A stretch of DNA of 64,000 bases from an uncultured Planctomycetia bacterium (GTDB lineage Bacteria; Omnitrophota; Gorgyraeia; JABMRG01), in contig CAZWMG010000003.1 of the NCBI GenBank assembly GCA_964634945.1, positions 37,861-101,860 on the forward strand, written 5' to 3'. Shown here in pieces: positions 1-9,106 of the stretch (position 1 is its first letter; each line of letters starts with the position of its first letter). The notes under the pieces are model-generated. The model saw only the letters and a program-made list of their open reading frames with translations, ran no database searches and was not told the origin of the DNA. Made by a program: the position numbers and the translations under genes.

Positions 1-857
1 AGTTCTTTCTCTAATATACTATACCGGTCACCATGCAAAATATCTCTCTTACCGGAGTCATGAAGAAGCTCCAGGGCAAGGTCATAATGGCCATATAAAC
101 AACAAAAGGTAATAAATTTTATAACCTTAGCCGCTTTCTTTTCTTTGCTCAGATTAGCTATCTTTTCAAAAAAACGTTTTACACCAAGAAAATACAAAAA
201 ATCACCATGAACCAGTTGACCCCTCGCGCCGCAAGTCTTTGTGCCTGCGCTCCTCTTCCAGTAACATGAATCTATATCAAAAAGCTCATACCCGTCTTTT
301 CTTAGGGAGCTATCCACTTCTGCAAACAGCCCCTGGCCTTTATACTTCTCATTAAATTCCGCCTCTATTAGCAAGCCTGTGACAATACCGCTGCTTAGAA
401 TCTCTTTCGCGCCTTGGATAACCTGGAAAGCGGCTCCTTCTACATCAATCTTGATAAAATCTATCTCTTCTATTCTTTCTGCGGATATAAGATTATCTAA
501 TCTATCGGCCTTAATCTTTATCCTGTTCTTTAGCGCGTAACCATCGGTATTACCCCTTGGAAAATGAGACAGAAATTCGTAATTAGGCATGAATATGCTG
601 GATAACCCTTCACACTCTGTAACATGCAAGGTAATCTCCGCATCCTTATTATAACAGGCAGAATTAAAATAAGTGGTATTCTCATCCTTTTTTAACTCTC
701 TGTATGCATTATCCTCCGGCTCAAATCCAATAAAGCTTAGATATTCCTTAAGGACACCCCACTCTTTCTTGGGGCCTTTGCGGGCGCCAATATCGACGAT
801 ACAAAAAGGGAACCGTTTCAGGTCTTTATTAAATTTTCCTTTAAGCCTTATCTTCAT
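1..857 (-). CDS. FkbM-family SAM-dependent methyltransferase (partial, runs off left edge)
   Basis: Not in the ORF track. Manual translation from ATG at 857, which overlaps the upstream stop as ATGA, gives MKIRLKGKFNKDLKRFPFCIVDIGARKG...IGFEP...EEIDFIKIDVEGAAFQ. The segments I translated, including 1-126, are open. Confidence 0.85.
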   Translation of the reverse strand, partial: MKIRLKGKFNKDLKRFPFCIVDIGARKGPKKEWGVLKEYLSFIGFEPEDNAYRELKKDENTTYFNSACYNKDAEITLHVTECEGLSSIFMPNYEFLSHFPRGNTDGYALKNRIKIKADRLDNLISAERIEEIDFIKIDVEGAAFQVIQGAKEILSSGIVTGLLIEAEFNEKYKGQGLFAEVDSSLRKDGYELFDIDSCYWKRSAGTKTCGARGQLVHGDFLYFLGVKRFFEKIANLSKEKKAAKVIKFITFCCLYGHYDLALELLHDSGKRDILHGDRYSILEKE

Positions 858-2587
858 CTCTTATTCAATATCTCCGCTATTCGATTAGAGGCTGTGCCTT
901 GTAATCCATTAAGGCAAGATTCTATGGCATATCTCCAATTATCTATATGGCTCGTGTAAGAGCCATTAAGAATATTTTTTACAGAATCCATGAGAATACC
1001 CTCTGTATGTCCATCATAGAATACATTTAAGTCTCTGTATTCATCCAGTTTATACCTATTGGTCAATATTACAGGCTTCTTAAAAGCCATGCCATCTATG
1101 GCAAAGGTTGATATATTAATGATCAAAATGTCCGCTCCTTTGGCCAAAACCAAAGGATCGTAATCTCTTATGACCTTGATATTATTGATCTTTAGTTTCT
1201 TAACAAGCCTATCTATAGCTAACTTACTATTATCTCCTGGGTGAAGCTTTATAATCACCTCAATCTCCTGAAACCGGCTAAGCGCCGCAAGAGAGACCTT
1301 GAGCTTATCCCATGCGGTCTTCTCTCTCCATATATCCCTGCCCAACTCAAAAGGGTAAGAAGCGATTAGAACGATAGGCCTGGAAGGTAGAAGGCCTAAA
1401 TCCTTAGATATCTTTGACTTCATCGCTTGGTCTGATCTTTTTAAGTACTTATCATATTTTGAACAACCTACAACGATCATTCTTTTCTCTTCTATGCCCC
1501 ACTCTGCTAAACGCTTTTTATAGAGATCGCCCCAAACCAGCATATAATCAGCAATTAATGGCATTACCGTAATCTTGTGAAATGGATCGCCATGAGAATT
1601 GACATAAGACCTGCAGTTATACTGCTTTGAGACCTGAACAAATAAATTTTTATAGACTGCCCTGTCTTCATCCACTAATAAAGATCTCGGCTTAGCCTCT
1701 TGGAATAAAAGATGCGCCTGCTCAACCTTCTCAAGAAGGTCTGTCAGCTCTTCCTGCCAAAGACCGGCTATATGTTTTCTGAGATAAGGCGCAAGATCCT
1801 TTCCATCTATTACTAGAGGCTTAGAGGATTTATCCATCTTACTTATAAAGTCGCGTGTCGCCTTTAATATCTCTGCTTTTTTAACCTTTGCAATCGCATA
1901 ATCTGAAAATAGCTTTAATCTCACGCGCTTTTTTATAAAATACGGGATTAAGCGGGGAGGCAGCTTTTCTCTTAAACAGATAATCTCCCTGCTATCAATA
2001 TGGTCAAAGAGCGTGGGAATCTTTTGCAAATCAGAATAAACCAATATACCGGCACCTTTAGAGGCACAAAAGAGATTTGATAGCCTCCTTAAAGAATCGA
2101 ACAAGTACATTGTAAATGACGGCCTCTTACTTGCGCCGGTAACAGCATCCGGCTTTTCTGCATTAGAACCATTAAAATATTTTAAAGAGGCATCGGAAGA
2201 TACAAAGTCGGATATAAAAAAATCCAAATACGGGCATCTTAATTTTGCACCTGCAATATTTTGTGATATCCATAGCTCCTGCGGAGACTCCTTGTTTATA
2301 ACCTGTTTAACCGCATGCGCCTTCTGGGTAATATTGAAAGTAAAATCAAATATTCTTTTCCCATAGGCCTGCAGGATATCCACATCATGATATAAAAAAG
2401 TTTTATCTGCAATATGCTCCTTTAACCATAAATCAAATTTTAAATAGACCTCATCATATATCTCGCGAAGTTCGCTTAAAACTAAATACTCATTTATATG
2501 AGTATGATCATCGTATTGAAAGCTTATAACCTTATCAAGCTCTGAAAAATCTATATTCTCTTTTTTTTCGATCAATGCTATCTTCAT
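854..2587 (-). CDS. GT-B-like surface polysaccharide protein, candidate nonulosonate transferase (capsule synthesis/CDP-glycerol transferase-like C-terminus)
   Basis: 577 aa. Motifs SHG, MLVWG, VVGCSKYD, IIKLHP and ISTFAIDGMAFKKPVI are typical of GT-B ulosonyl/glycerophosphate transferase-like proteins. Last enzyme-like gene of the NeuB cassette before FkbM. Confidence 0.55.
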   Translation of the reverse strand: MKIALIEKKENIDFSELDKVISFQYDDHTHINEYLVLSELREIYDEVYLKFDLWLKEHIADKTFLYHDVDILQAYGKRIFDFTFNITQKAHAVKQVINKESPQELWISQNIAGAKLRCPYLDFFISDFVSSDASLKYFNGSNAEKPDAVTGASKRPSFTMYLFDSLRRLSNLFCASKGAGILVYSDLQKIPTLFDHIDSREIICLREKLPPRLIPYFIKKRVRLKLFSDYAIAKVKKAEILKATRDFISKMDKSSKPLVIDGKDLAPYLRKHIAGLWQEELTDLLEKVEQAHLLFQEAKPRSLLVDEDRAVYKNLFVQVSKQYNCRSYVNSHGDPFHKITVMPLIADYMLVWGDLYKKRLAEWGIEEKRMIVVGCSKYDKYLKRSDQAMKSKISKDLGLLPSRPIVLIASYPFELGRDIWREKTAWDKLKVSLAALSRFQEIEVIIKLHPGDNSKLAIDRLVKKLKINNIKVIRDYDPLVLAKGADILIINISTFAIDGMAFKKPVILTNRYKLDEYRDLNVFYDGHTEGILMDSVKNILNGSYTSHIDNWRYAIESCLNGLQGTASNRIAEILNKR

Positions 2588-2588
2588 A

Positions 2589-3512
2589 TTATCCTACAGT
2601 CCAGTTGCGTGGATCAAACCAATGAGTATCATCGAGACCTAAATTTAATAATCGCCTAAAAATATCATCCGGTAATGGGGCTTCTTTTTCAGCCTCTAAT
2701 ATAGACTCGAGGTGCTCCAATGACTTTGTCCCTACAAGCGTAGAATGGATACCTTCTGTTGAAATACAAAATCTAAGAGCAAGCTTACTCAAGCTGTTCC
2801 AGCTCTTCAGTCCCATCTCTGTCTTAATCCTCTTTGCCGCATTCTTTAAAAACTCATACTCTTGGCCTAAAGATTCTACTTTTTTTGTCAATACACCCTT
2901 AAAATACGCGGAGCGGCTTAAAATTCCCATTCCTTGTCTTTTTGCTTCAGGCATAACCCCTTTTGATATCCTTTGATCGAGTATATTATAGGGCACCTGT
3001 AGCAGATCGAAACATCCAGCCTCAATAGCTGCCATCGCCTCCTCAGGTTTATGGAGAGTTGCCCCTAAAAATCTGATTAGCCCCTCTTCGCGAAGCTTGA
3101 CCAAAACTTTCGATATATCGCATCTTTTAATCACGTCGACTGTAACATTATGAATCTGCACGATATCAAGGCTATCCCGCTTTAACCTATTAAGGCTCCT
3201 CTCAACAGAATTCCTAACATACTTAGAAATATCTTTTTCATCGCGGCCAACGTTAACCTTGGTCGCGATATAACATGGCCTTGAGCCGATAAAAGAACCT
3301 ATAAGCTCTTCGCTTTCTCCGTAATCAGGGGCTGTATCGAATAAATTAATACCCCTTTCAAGGGCTGTATCGATTATATATTTTACTCTTGTTTTATCCG
3401 GCTTATTATTACTCCCAAGAGGGCCGATGCCATAATCCATTCCCAGCTCAACGGTACCGAGTGCGATACAAGATACCTTTAATCCTGTGCTGCCTAATTC
3501 TCTATATCTCAT
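2589..3512 (-). CDS. Aldo/keto reductase
   Basis: LGSTGLKVSCIALGT, FDTAPDYGESE, IATK, SLNRLKRDSLDIVQIH and QVPYNILDQR AKR motifs. Confidence 0.92.
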   Translation of the reverse strand: MRYRELGSTGLKVSCIALGTVELGMDYGIGPLGSNNKPDKTRVKYIIDTALERGINLFDTAPDYGESEELIGSFIGSRPCYIATKVNVGRDEKDISKYVRNSVERSLNRLKRDSLDIVQIHNVTVDVIKRCDISKVLVKLREEGLIRFLGATLHKPEEAMAAIEAGCFDLLQVPYNILDQRISKGVMPEAKRQGMGILSRSAYFKGVLTKKVESLGQEYEFLKNAAKRIKTEMGLKSWNSLSKLALRFCISTEGIHSTLVGTKSLEHLESILEAEKEAPLPDDIFRRLLNLGLDDTHWFDPRNWTVG

Positions 3513-4260
3513 TTTTATATGCCGTGCGCCATCCCCATTTAAGGTCTGTATTCATTTTACTAATTTTCGGGCCACTCTTTAAAAACTCTATTATATCTTC
3601 CATTGTAAATAACGGATTCTCATGATAAAGATTCTTTAGGATTAATTTTACAATTTCAAAATCATTAGGGTAATCCACTGCCAAGCGGTATTTAGAAAGG
3701 TCAACTTCTAAATCTACTCTGAAGAGAGAAAACTTATTAGGGTTTTTCCATAAGTGAAATGTCACATGCTCACGCTGGTCAGGATCCTTCTCATCATGCC
3801 AGGCCCTTTCAAGCGCGTTGAAGGAGAATACCTCCACATCCATTCCAATAGGAAATGTCCATTTTGGCGGCGTGGTATTGGCAACATAGTCATAATCACC
3901 CTTTATATAAACAGAGACTAAAGAATCTATTATCTTAGGATCGATTAAAGGACAATCTGCCGTAAGCCTTACGATTCTCTCTAATTTAAATTGCCTTGCT
4001 GCCTGATAATACCTATCCAGCACATCTTCATGATTTCCTCTATAGCAGGCGACATTCTTTTCTTTACATAATTTCGCTATAGGGTCATCCATGGGTTCGG
4101 TACTCGTAGCGACAATAACCTTGCCGATACTCTTTGCGGCAGCTACTCTTTCAAGCAGATAGCAGATAAGCGGCTTACCCTCTACCTCGAGCAATACCTT
4201 TCCCGGAAGCCTTGCTGAGCCCATCCTTGCCTGTATTATCGCTGTTGTCTCTATATCCAT
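3502..4260 (-). CDS. spsF: SpsF-type cytidylyltransferase
   Basis: IIQARMGSARLPGKVL, DVLDRY, RLTADCPLIDP, REHVT and RLAVDYPND match the SpsF subfamily. Confidence 0.88.
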   Translation of the reverse strand: MDIETTAIIQARMGSARLPGKVLLEVEGKPLICYLLERVAAAKSIGKVIVATSTEPMDDPIAKLCKEKNVACYRGNHEDVLDRYYQAARQFKLERIVRLTADCPLIDPKIIDSLVSVYIKGDYDYVANTTPPKWTFPIGMDVEVFSFNALERAWHDEKDPDQREHVTFHLWKNPNKFSLFRVDLEVDLSKYRLAVDYPNDFEIVKLILKNLYHENPLFTMEDIIEFLKSGPKISKMNTDLKWGWRTAYKNEI

Positions 4261-5339
4261 TTATGATACCAAAGCTCTGTTGTCTTAGTAATAAAACCCG
4301 CGCGTTGATAAAAACGTTGCGCGATATAATTTCTGCCCTGAGTTACCACGCAGACTTTCTTGATGCCCTTATCAATTAATCTATTAAATACAAAACAGAG
4401 CATCTTTCTTCCTAAGCCTTTGCCCTGGGATTTATTGGAGAATCCAATTAATCCGATATCAGCAACTTTTGAGGGATGATATCTCAATGTACAGAAACCT
4501 AAAGGAGTCTTCTTATCATAAAGGCATAAGCACTCATCATCATACTGTCCCTGGACAGCCTTCTCTACCCACCCTTGATAGAACTCACTAACCTTCTGCT
4601 TATCAAAATTCTCATCAAAATAATATCTACTATCTTTGTATAAGACTTTCGCTATCTCTCTTAAGCCTGAAATGTCCGCATCCTTTGCTAATCCAAGTTT
4701 CATGCCAGGGGCTAAATCTACGCTACTTTTTTCGTCTAGTCCCTTTTCAAAGGTCAACCTGATATCCGCGAAGAGGAAACCTTCCTCTGTTGCCTTTTTA
4801 ACGCTCCTGTTATCATGACAATTGCAAAGGTATTTTACCACTCTGATATCGTTGGCCTTAATAAACCTACTCGTTCTAAAAACAATACTATCTGTCAGGT
4901 ATCTGCATGCCATATAAGCGACAGGAAAACCCCAAAATTGAGAATCCCATTCAAGCCTCTTAATTAGATTCGTAATCTCGTCAAATCTCTCATTAAAATC
5001 TCTATTATCAATAAAAGAATATTCCGGGCCCGTGAAATACCTATTCCCGCCCCTATTCTTATGATCTATGACTATATCGGCATGTTCGAGATAATCGGAT
5101 AACCTATCAATAGTTATGGTTACTATCTTCAGTGCCTTTAATACCCGGTATAATTCCAAGCTAAGGCCGTTGGAAATAACTACGTCGATCTCTTTATCTA
5201 TTAAGAGATCTCGCGAGATCTCTTTGATATCAACCTGCATCACCTTATCAGGCCTCTTCTCCAATAATCCGGAAGATGCCTTAAGCTCTTTTAAATAATC
5301 CGCATCCGCGTTGTCCTGAAACACAAAGAGTCTCTTCAT
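4251..5339 (-). CDS. WecD/RffC-like GNAT acetyltransferase with an N-terminal PseG-like segment
   Basis: C-terminal part has LEWDSQFWG, SRYYFD, QGKGLG, VVTQGRNYIAQRFYQRAGF and YHKW (WecD-like). N-terminal ITID...ADIVID...TGPEY resembles the PseG N-domain. Confidence 0.72.
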   Translation of the reverse strand: MKRLFVFQDNADADYLKELKASSGLLEKRPDKVMQVDIKEISRDLLIDKEIDVVISNGLSLELYRVLKALKIVTITIDRLSDYLEHADIVIDHKNRGGNRYFTGPEYSFIDNRDFNERFDEITNLIKRLEWDSQFWGFPVAYMACRYLTDSIVFRTSRFIKANDIRVVKYLCNCHDNRSVKKATEEGFLFADIRLTFEKGLDEKSSVDLAPGMKLGLAKDADISGLREIAKVLYKDSRYYFDENFDKQKVSEFYQGWVEKAVQGQYDDECLCLYDKKTPLGFCTLRYHPSKVADIGLIGFSNKSQGKGLGRKMLCFVFNRLIDKGIKKVCVVTQGRNYIAQRFYQRAGFITKTTELWYHKWI

Positions 5340-5340
5340 C

Positions 5341-6177
5341 TTAAATATTATTAGACCTCCTAAAGGCCATGCAGGGCTGCTGTGCCTGGGTTATGCCCAC
5401 TATACCATCTCCCAATACCTTTTCAAGGCCTCTTACCTCTCTTACCATCTGCGTTAATTGCTTTTCTGTTATAGATACCGGGGAATCAACACATTCCATC
5501 TCTTGTGATATCTTATAGTGTTTTTCTATTACCTGCGCTCCTGCCGCTACCGCGAGAAAAGGAACCCTTATATCTGAAGTGTGATCTGACTGCCCTATAA
5601 CACAATCAAAATTCTTACCAAGTGTACGTATAGCCGCCAAATTAGCGTCTTCCTCCTTTGTGGGATAAGCTGATATACAATGAAGTAAGGTTATCCGTGA
5701 TGTTTCTTTCTTTAATATGTCATAAGCCTGCCTAATTTCATTTAAATCTGACATTCCAACAGAGAGTATAACAGGCTTTAAAGTAGAGGCTATTCTTTGT
5801 AAAAATTTAAGATTTGTAACGTCAAACGAGGCGATTTTGTACAACTCTATGTTAATGCTCTCCAAATAGTCAACACTCTCATCATCAAAGGGCGTAGAGA
5901 AAAAACCGATATCGCGCCTTGAGGAATAATCCTTAAGCTCTTTAAAGGCATTAAACTTAAGCTCACATTTTTTTAAAATATCGAAAATAGGAGAATCCTT
6001 GGAAACTCTTTTTTCAGTAATATATGTTTGAAATTTCACGGCATCCGCTCCTGTAAGAGCCGCTGAATCTATTAATCTTTTCGCTAGTTTAATATCACCA
6101 CCATGATTAAGGCCTATCTCAGCAATAATATAGACGTTATTATCTGTATCAAGCCCATACTCCTTAAGTTTTTTCAT
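5341..6177 (-). CDS. neuB: NeuB-family nonulosonic acid synthase, lacking the C-terminal SAF/AFP-like domain
   Basis: IIAEIGLNHGG, AVKFQT, STPFD, KIASFD, LLHCISAYP, SDHT and IEKH. The ORF ends shortly after RRS at 278 aa. Confidence 0.9.
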   Translation of the reverse strand: MKKLKEYGLDTDNNVYIIAEIGLNHGGDIKLAKRLIDSAALTGADAVKFQTYITEKRVSKDSPIFDILKKCELKFNAFKELKDYSSRRDIGFFSTPFDDESVDYLESINIELYKIASFDVTNLKFLQRIASTLKPVILSVGMSDLNEIRQAYDILKKETSRITLLHCISAYPTKEEDANLAAIRTLGKNFDCVIGQSDHTSDIRVPFLAVAAGAQVIEKHYKISQEMECVDSPVSITEKQLTQMVREVRGLEKVLGDGIVGITQAQQPCMAFRRSNNI

Positions 6178-6268
6178 TTTTTACCTCATCTAAATTAGGC
6201 GCTTCGGCCGTTCGCGGAGCTCTTGGAACTTCCTCAGACATTTCGTCTTCTGCCGCGCAGTTTATTTT

Positions 6269-6353
6269 GTATCGCGTATTGCGTTGTGCGTATTGTGAAC
6301 GCAGTGAAGCAATCTTAGCGCTTGGGATTGCTTCGGCTTCGCCTCGCAAAGAC
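6269..6353. repeat. REP/RPE-like palindromic element plus adjacent 7-bp degenerate tandem repeat
   Basis: Perfect inverted repeat GAAGCAATC (6306-6314) / GATTGCTTC (6326-6334) within minus-strand GTCTTTGCGAGGCGAAGCCGAAGCAATC...GATTGCTTCACTGCGTTCACAATAC. 7-mers gtatcgc/gtattgc/gttgtgc/gtattgt at 6269-6296. Confidence 0.7.
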
Positions 6354-6366
6354 AGTAGCATATAAA

Positions 6367-7140
6367 CTACCAGCAGCTATAACCACCATCTATCGCGATA
6401 TTTTGACCTGTTGTATAGCTGGAAGCATCGCAGGAAAGGTAAAAAATTCCCCCTACGATTTCGCAAGCCTTGGCCATGCGGCCCATCGGACAGCGGTATG
6501 AATAATTTTTAATAAAATCCTCGCCCTGAGGAGCTTCAGGATTAAAAATCCCTCCGGGTGATATACAATTTACACGGATATTATATTCTGCCAAATGAAC
6601 CGCGAAATATTTTGTCATCTGAATAATCCCTGCCTTTGAGGCGCCATAAATTTCAGAATTCTTCCTATCGCAATCCGTGTACACACGGGGATCAGGGCTG
6701 GTTATGCCATAGATAGACGCGATGTTAACAATATTTCCTTTATGTTTTTTCTCTTTCGCATACTTAGCATATGTCTGAATGCAAAAAAATGTGCCTTTTA
6801 AATTAACATCCATGACAGCGTCGAAAGACTCCTCCAACCTCTCCTGGAATGGTTCAAATACACTTGCGCCGGCATTATTGATCAATATATCAAGCCTGCC
6901 AAACTTAGAGTAAATATGCGCGAAGGCATCCTCGACTGATCTCTTATCTGTAATATCCATTACCAGGTATTCAGCGTTAGGTGAGGCTATCTCCATTTTT
7001 GCGTTTGGCTCTTTATCTGTCGCGACTACCTGAGCTCCTGCCTCAAGATATGCCTTACATATCTCTTTTCCCAGCTGGCCAACAGCGCCTGTGACCAAGA
7101 CAGTCTTCTTCTTAACATTAAACAGCTCGCTTAAATTCAT
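6367..7140 (-). CDS. Short-chain dehydrogenase/reductase (PtmA-like, nonulosonate-cluster type)
   Basis: VTGAVGQLG, LINNAG, NIASIYG, YGASK, VNCISPGG, TGQNIAIDGG. Confidence 0.88.
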   Translation of the reverse strand: MNLSELFNVKKKTVLVTGAVGQLGKEICKAYLEAGAQVVATDKEPNAKMEIASPNAEYLVMDITDKRSVEDAFAHIYSKFGRLDILINNAGASVFEPFQERLEESFDAVMDVNLKGTFFCIQTYAKYAKEKKHKGNIVNIASIYGITSPDPRVYTDCDRKNSEIYGASKAGIIQMTKYFAVHLAEYNIRVNCISPGGIFNPEAPQGEDFIKNYSYRCPMGRMAKACEIVGGIFYLSCDASSYTTGQNIAIDGGYSCW

Positions 7141-7909
7141 TACACAGCTCCTTATATTGTTCTAAGAGATGGATTAGACGGACATTATCTTTGTAATACT
7201 CAATAGTAATATATTTAGGGGAAAATTTACGCGCAAGCGCCTCTATCTCCTGAAAGATCTGCATATCCGGCAGATCATGCGCGTCATAAGATAAATCCTT
7301 ATCATTTATAGCCTCTTTGCTTATATGAATCTGGACCAACTTGCCTAATGGCAAGGCTGTAATATATTCACGATAAGATAATTTTTTGTTATAAGATGTA
7401 ATCTTCGCGTGAGCTATGTCAAAAAGAAACAATATCTTGTTGCTAACTACTATCTCGTTTATAAAATCGGCATCTGTAACATAGCCATAAGCCTCTGTCG
7501 GATAATAGTTATTATTCTCTACAGCTATATCAATGGCCCTCTCTTTTATAAGAGCTTTCAGCCAGGATATGTTCTCTGCCGCGTTATTCAGCATCTCGTC
7601 TCGCGAAAAGACCTTTCCTCCGGTCCGAAACATGCCATCCTCTAAAACAGGCTTACTGCACGCGGCCAATATATGAAAGCTTATCAGTCTTAACTCCTTT
7701 TTAAGCTCCAGGGCCCTGCGAACAGTATCTTTTTCTCTATCGCTCCAACAAGCGACGATACTATTTTCAAAGTGAAAGAGAGATTGCCCTTCAAGATCAC
7801 TTTCAATAGTGGTTTCACGGCATTCTAAGCAGTCGCTAAGAGAAATAATCTTAGCGCAAGCCTCTTTATCCTCAAATAGCGTTGAGATCGGTGTCGCTAA
7901 TTCAATCAT
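7118..7909 (-). CDS. DUF692-like (MNIO-type) TIM-barrel metalloprotein
   Basis: Ordered candidate metal-ligand motifs SFH, IAVENN, FLFDIAH, VQIHIS, YDAH and ITIEY. The gene overlaps both neighbours. Confidence 0.65.
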   Translation of the reverse strand: MIELATPISTLFEDKEACAKIISLSDCLECRETTIESDLEGQSLFHFENSIVACWSDREKDTVRRALELKKELRLISFHILAACSKPVLEDGMFRTGGKVFSRDEMLNNAAENISWLKALIKERAIDIAVENNNYYPTEAYGYVTDADFINEIVVSNKILFLFDIAHAKITSYNKKLSYREYITALPLGKLVQIHISKEAINDKDLSYDAHDLPDMQIFQEIEALARKFSPKYITIEYYKDNVRLIHLLEQYKELCNEFKRAV

Positions 7910-9081
7910 AGCCCAAGCACCTTTTTGACTGCTCTTATTACATCGTCAACGTCATTATCATCCATCTTTGGGGAGAGTGGTAGACTCACGGTCTGCTGAC
8001 CTATGAAACAGGCGTTAGGATAATCCTGAGTTCTCCACTTAAAATGCTCTCTGTAAAAAGGGTGTTCAGGGATACTTTGATAATGTACCCCCAACCCTAT
8101 ATTGTTTTTATGCATAGCCAGTAAAAAATCATCTCTATCAATACCCGTTTTTGCCTTATCTACTAAAACAGGGAATAGATGATACGCATGGCGCATATTC
8201 TCGGTAACACTTGTTGGTAATATTAAAGGCGTATCTTTTAGTGAATTATAATATTTTTTCCAGATTTTCTCTCTTCTCTTCCAGTTCTCTTCTACTCTCT
8301 TAAGCTGGTGTATGCCTATAGCTGCCTGAATATCCATCATATTATATTTAAATCCCGGGTGGACTACTTTATAATGTTTATACCCATCATCAGAAAATCG
8401 TTTCCACGCGTCCTGGCTCATACCATGTAATCCAAGGACCTTTATCATGTCAGCGTCCTTCTTCTGTTTCGCTACAACCATTCCGCCTTCACCTGTAACA
8501 ACATTCTTTGTTACATAAAAACTAAAGCACCCAAAATCACCAAAAGTTCCGATAGGCTTACCATTATATTCAGTCTCAATGGCGTGCGCGCAGTCTTCTA
8601 TTACCTTAAGTTTATGCTTATTAGCTATTTGCATTATTTTATCCATATCACAAGGATGCCCTGCGAAGTGTACAGGCAGTATCGCCTTTGTCTTTTTGCT
8701 AATCTTGGATACAATCTGTTCAGGATCGATACAATGCGTATCTTTATCGCAATCCACCAAAACCGGGGTAGCTCCACTATGTATAATAGCGTTTATAGTG
8801 GCACAGAACGTCATAGCTGTGGTAATAACCTCATCACCGGGCCCGATCCCGGTCGCCAGCATACTCAAATGTAGTGCCGCGGTACATGAATTTAGAGCAA
8901 TCGCAAAAGGGGCCTTTTTATACACCTTAAAGGCCTCTTCAAACTGTTGGACTTTTGGCCCGGTTCCAAGCCAACCTGCTTTTAAAGAGTCTACTACCTC
9001 ATTAATCTCATCCTCGCCGATCGAAGGACTTCCAAAAACAAGAAATCGATCTCTTGATCTAATTAAAGCTTTATTCTTCAT
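7906..9081 (-). CDS. DegT/DnrJ/EryC1/StrS PLP-dependent sugar aminotransferase (ArnB/SpsC-like)
   Basis: NSCTAALHL, PVHFAG, IEDCAHA, FSFYVTKNVVTGEGG, GFKYNM, LPLSP. Confidence 0.95.
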   Translation of the reverse strand: MKNKALIRSRDRFLVFGSPSIGEDEINEVVDSLKAGWLGTGPKVQQFEEAFKVYKKAPFAIALNSCTAALHLSMLATGIGPGDEVITTAMTFCATINAIIHSGATPVLVDCDKDTHCIDPEQIVSKISKKTKAILPVHFAGHPCDMDKIMQIANKHKLKVIEDCAHAIETEYNGKPIGTFGDFGCFSFYVTKNVVTGEGGMVVAKQKKDADMIKVLGLHGMSQDAWKRFSDDGYKHYKVVHPGFKYNMMDIQAAIGIHQLKRVEENWKRREKIWKKYYNSLKDTPLILPTSVTENMRHAYHLFPVLVDKAKTGIDRDDFLLAMHKNNIGLGVHYQSIPEHPFYREHFKWRTQDYPNACFIGQQTVSLPLSPKMDDNDVDDVIRAVKKVLGL

Positions 9082-9106
9082 GATAAACTCTTTTTGTAAT
9101 AACCCA

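Noticed and set aside
6164-6361. 65-aa ORF as a real protein or as a RiPP precursor for the DUF692-like enzyme
   Set aside because: Its N-terminal half (SLRGEAEAIP...IASLRSQ) is the translation of the palindromic repeat. It has a single Cys and no leader/core pattern. Translation cannot be excluded, but it is unsupported.
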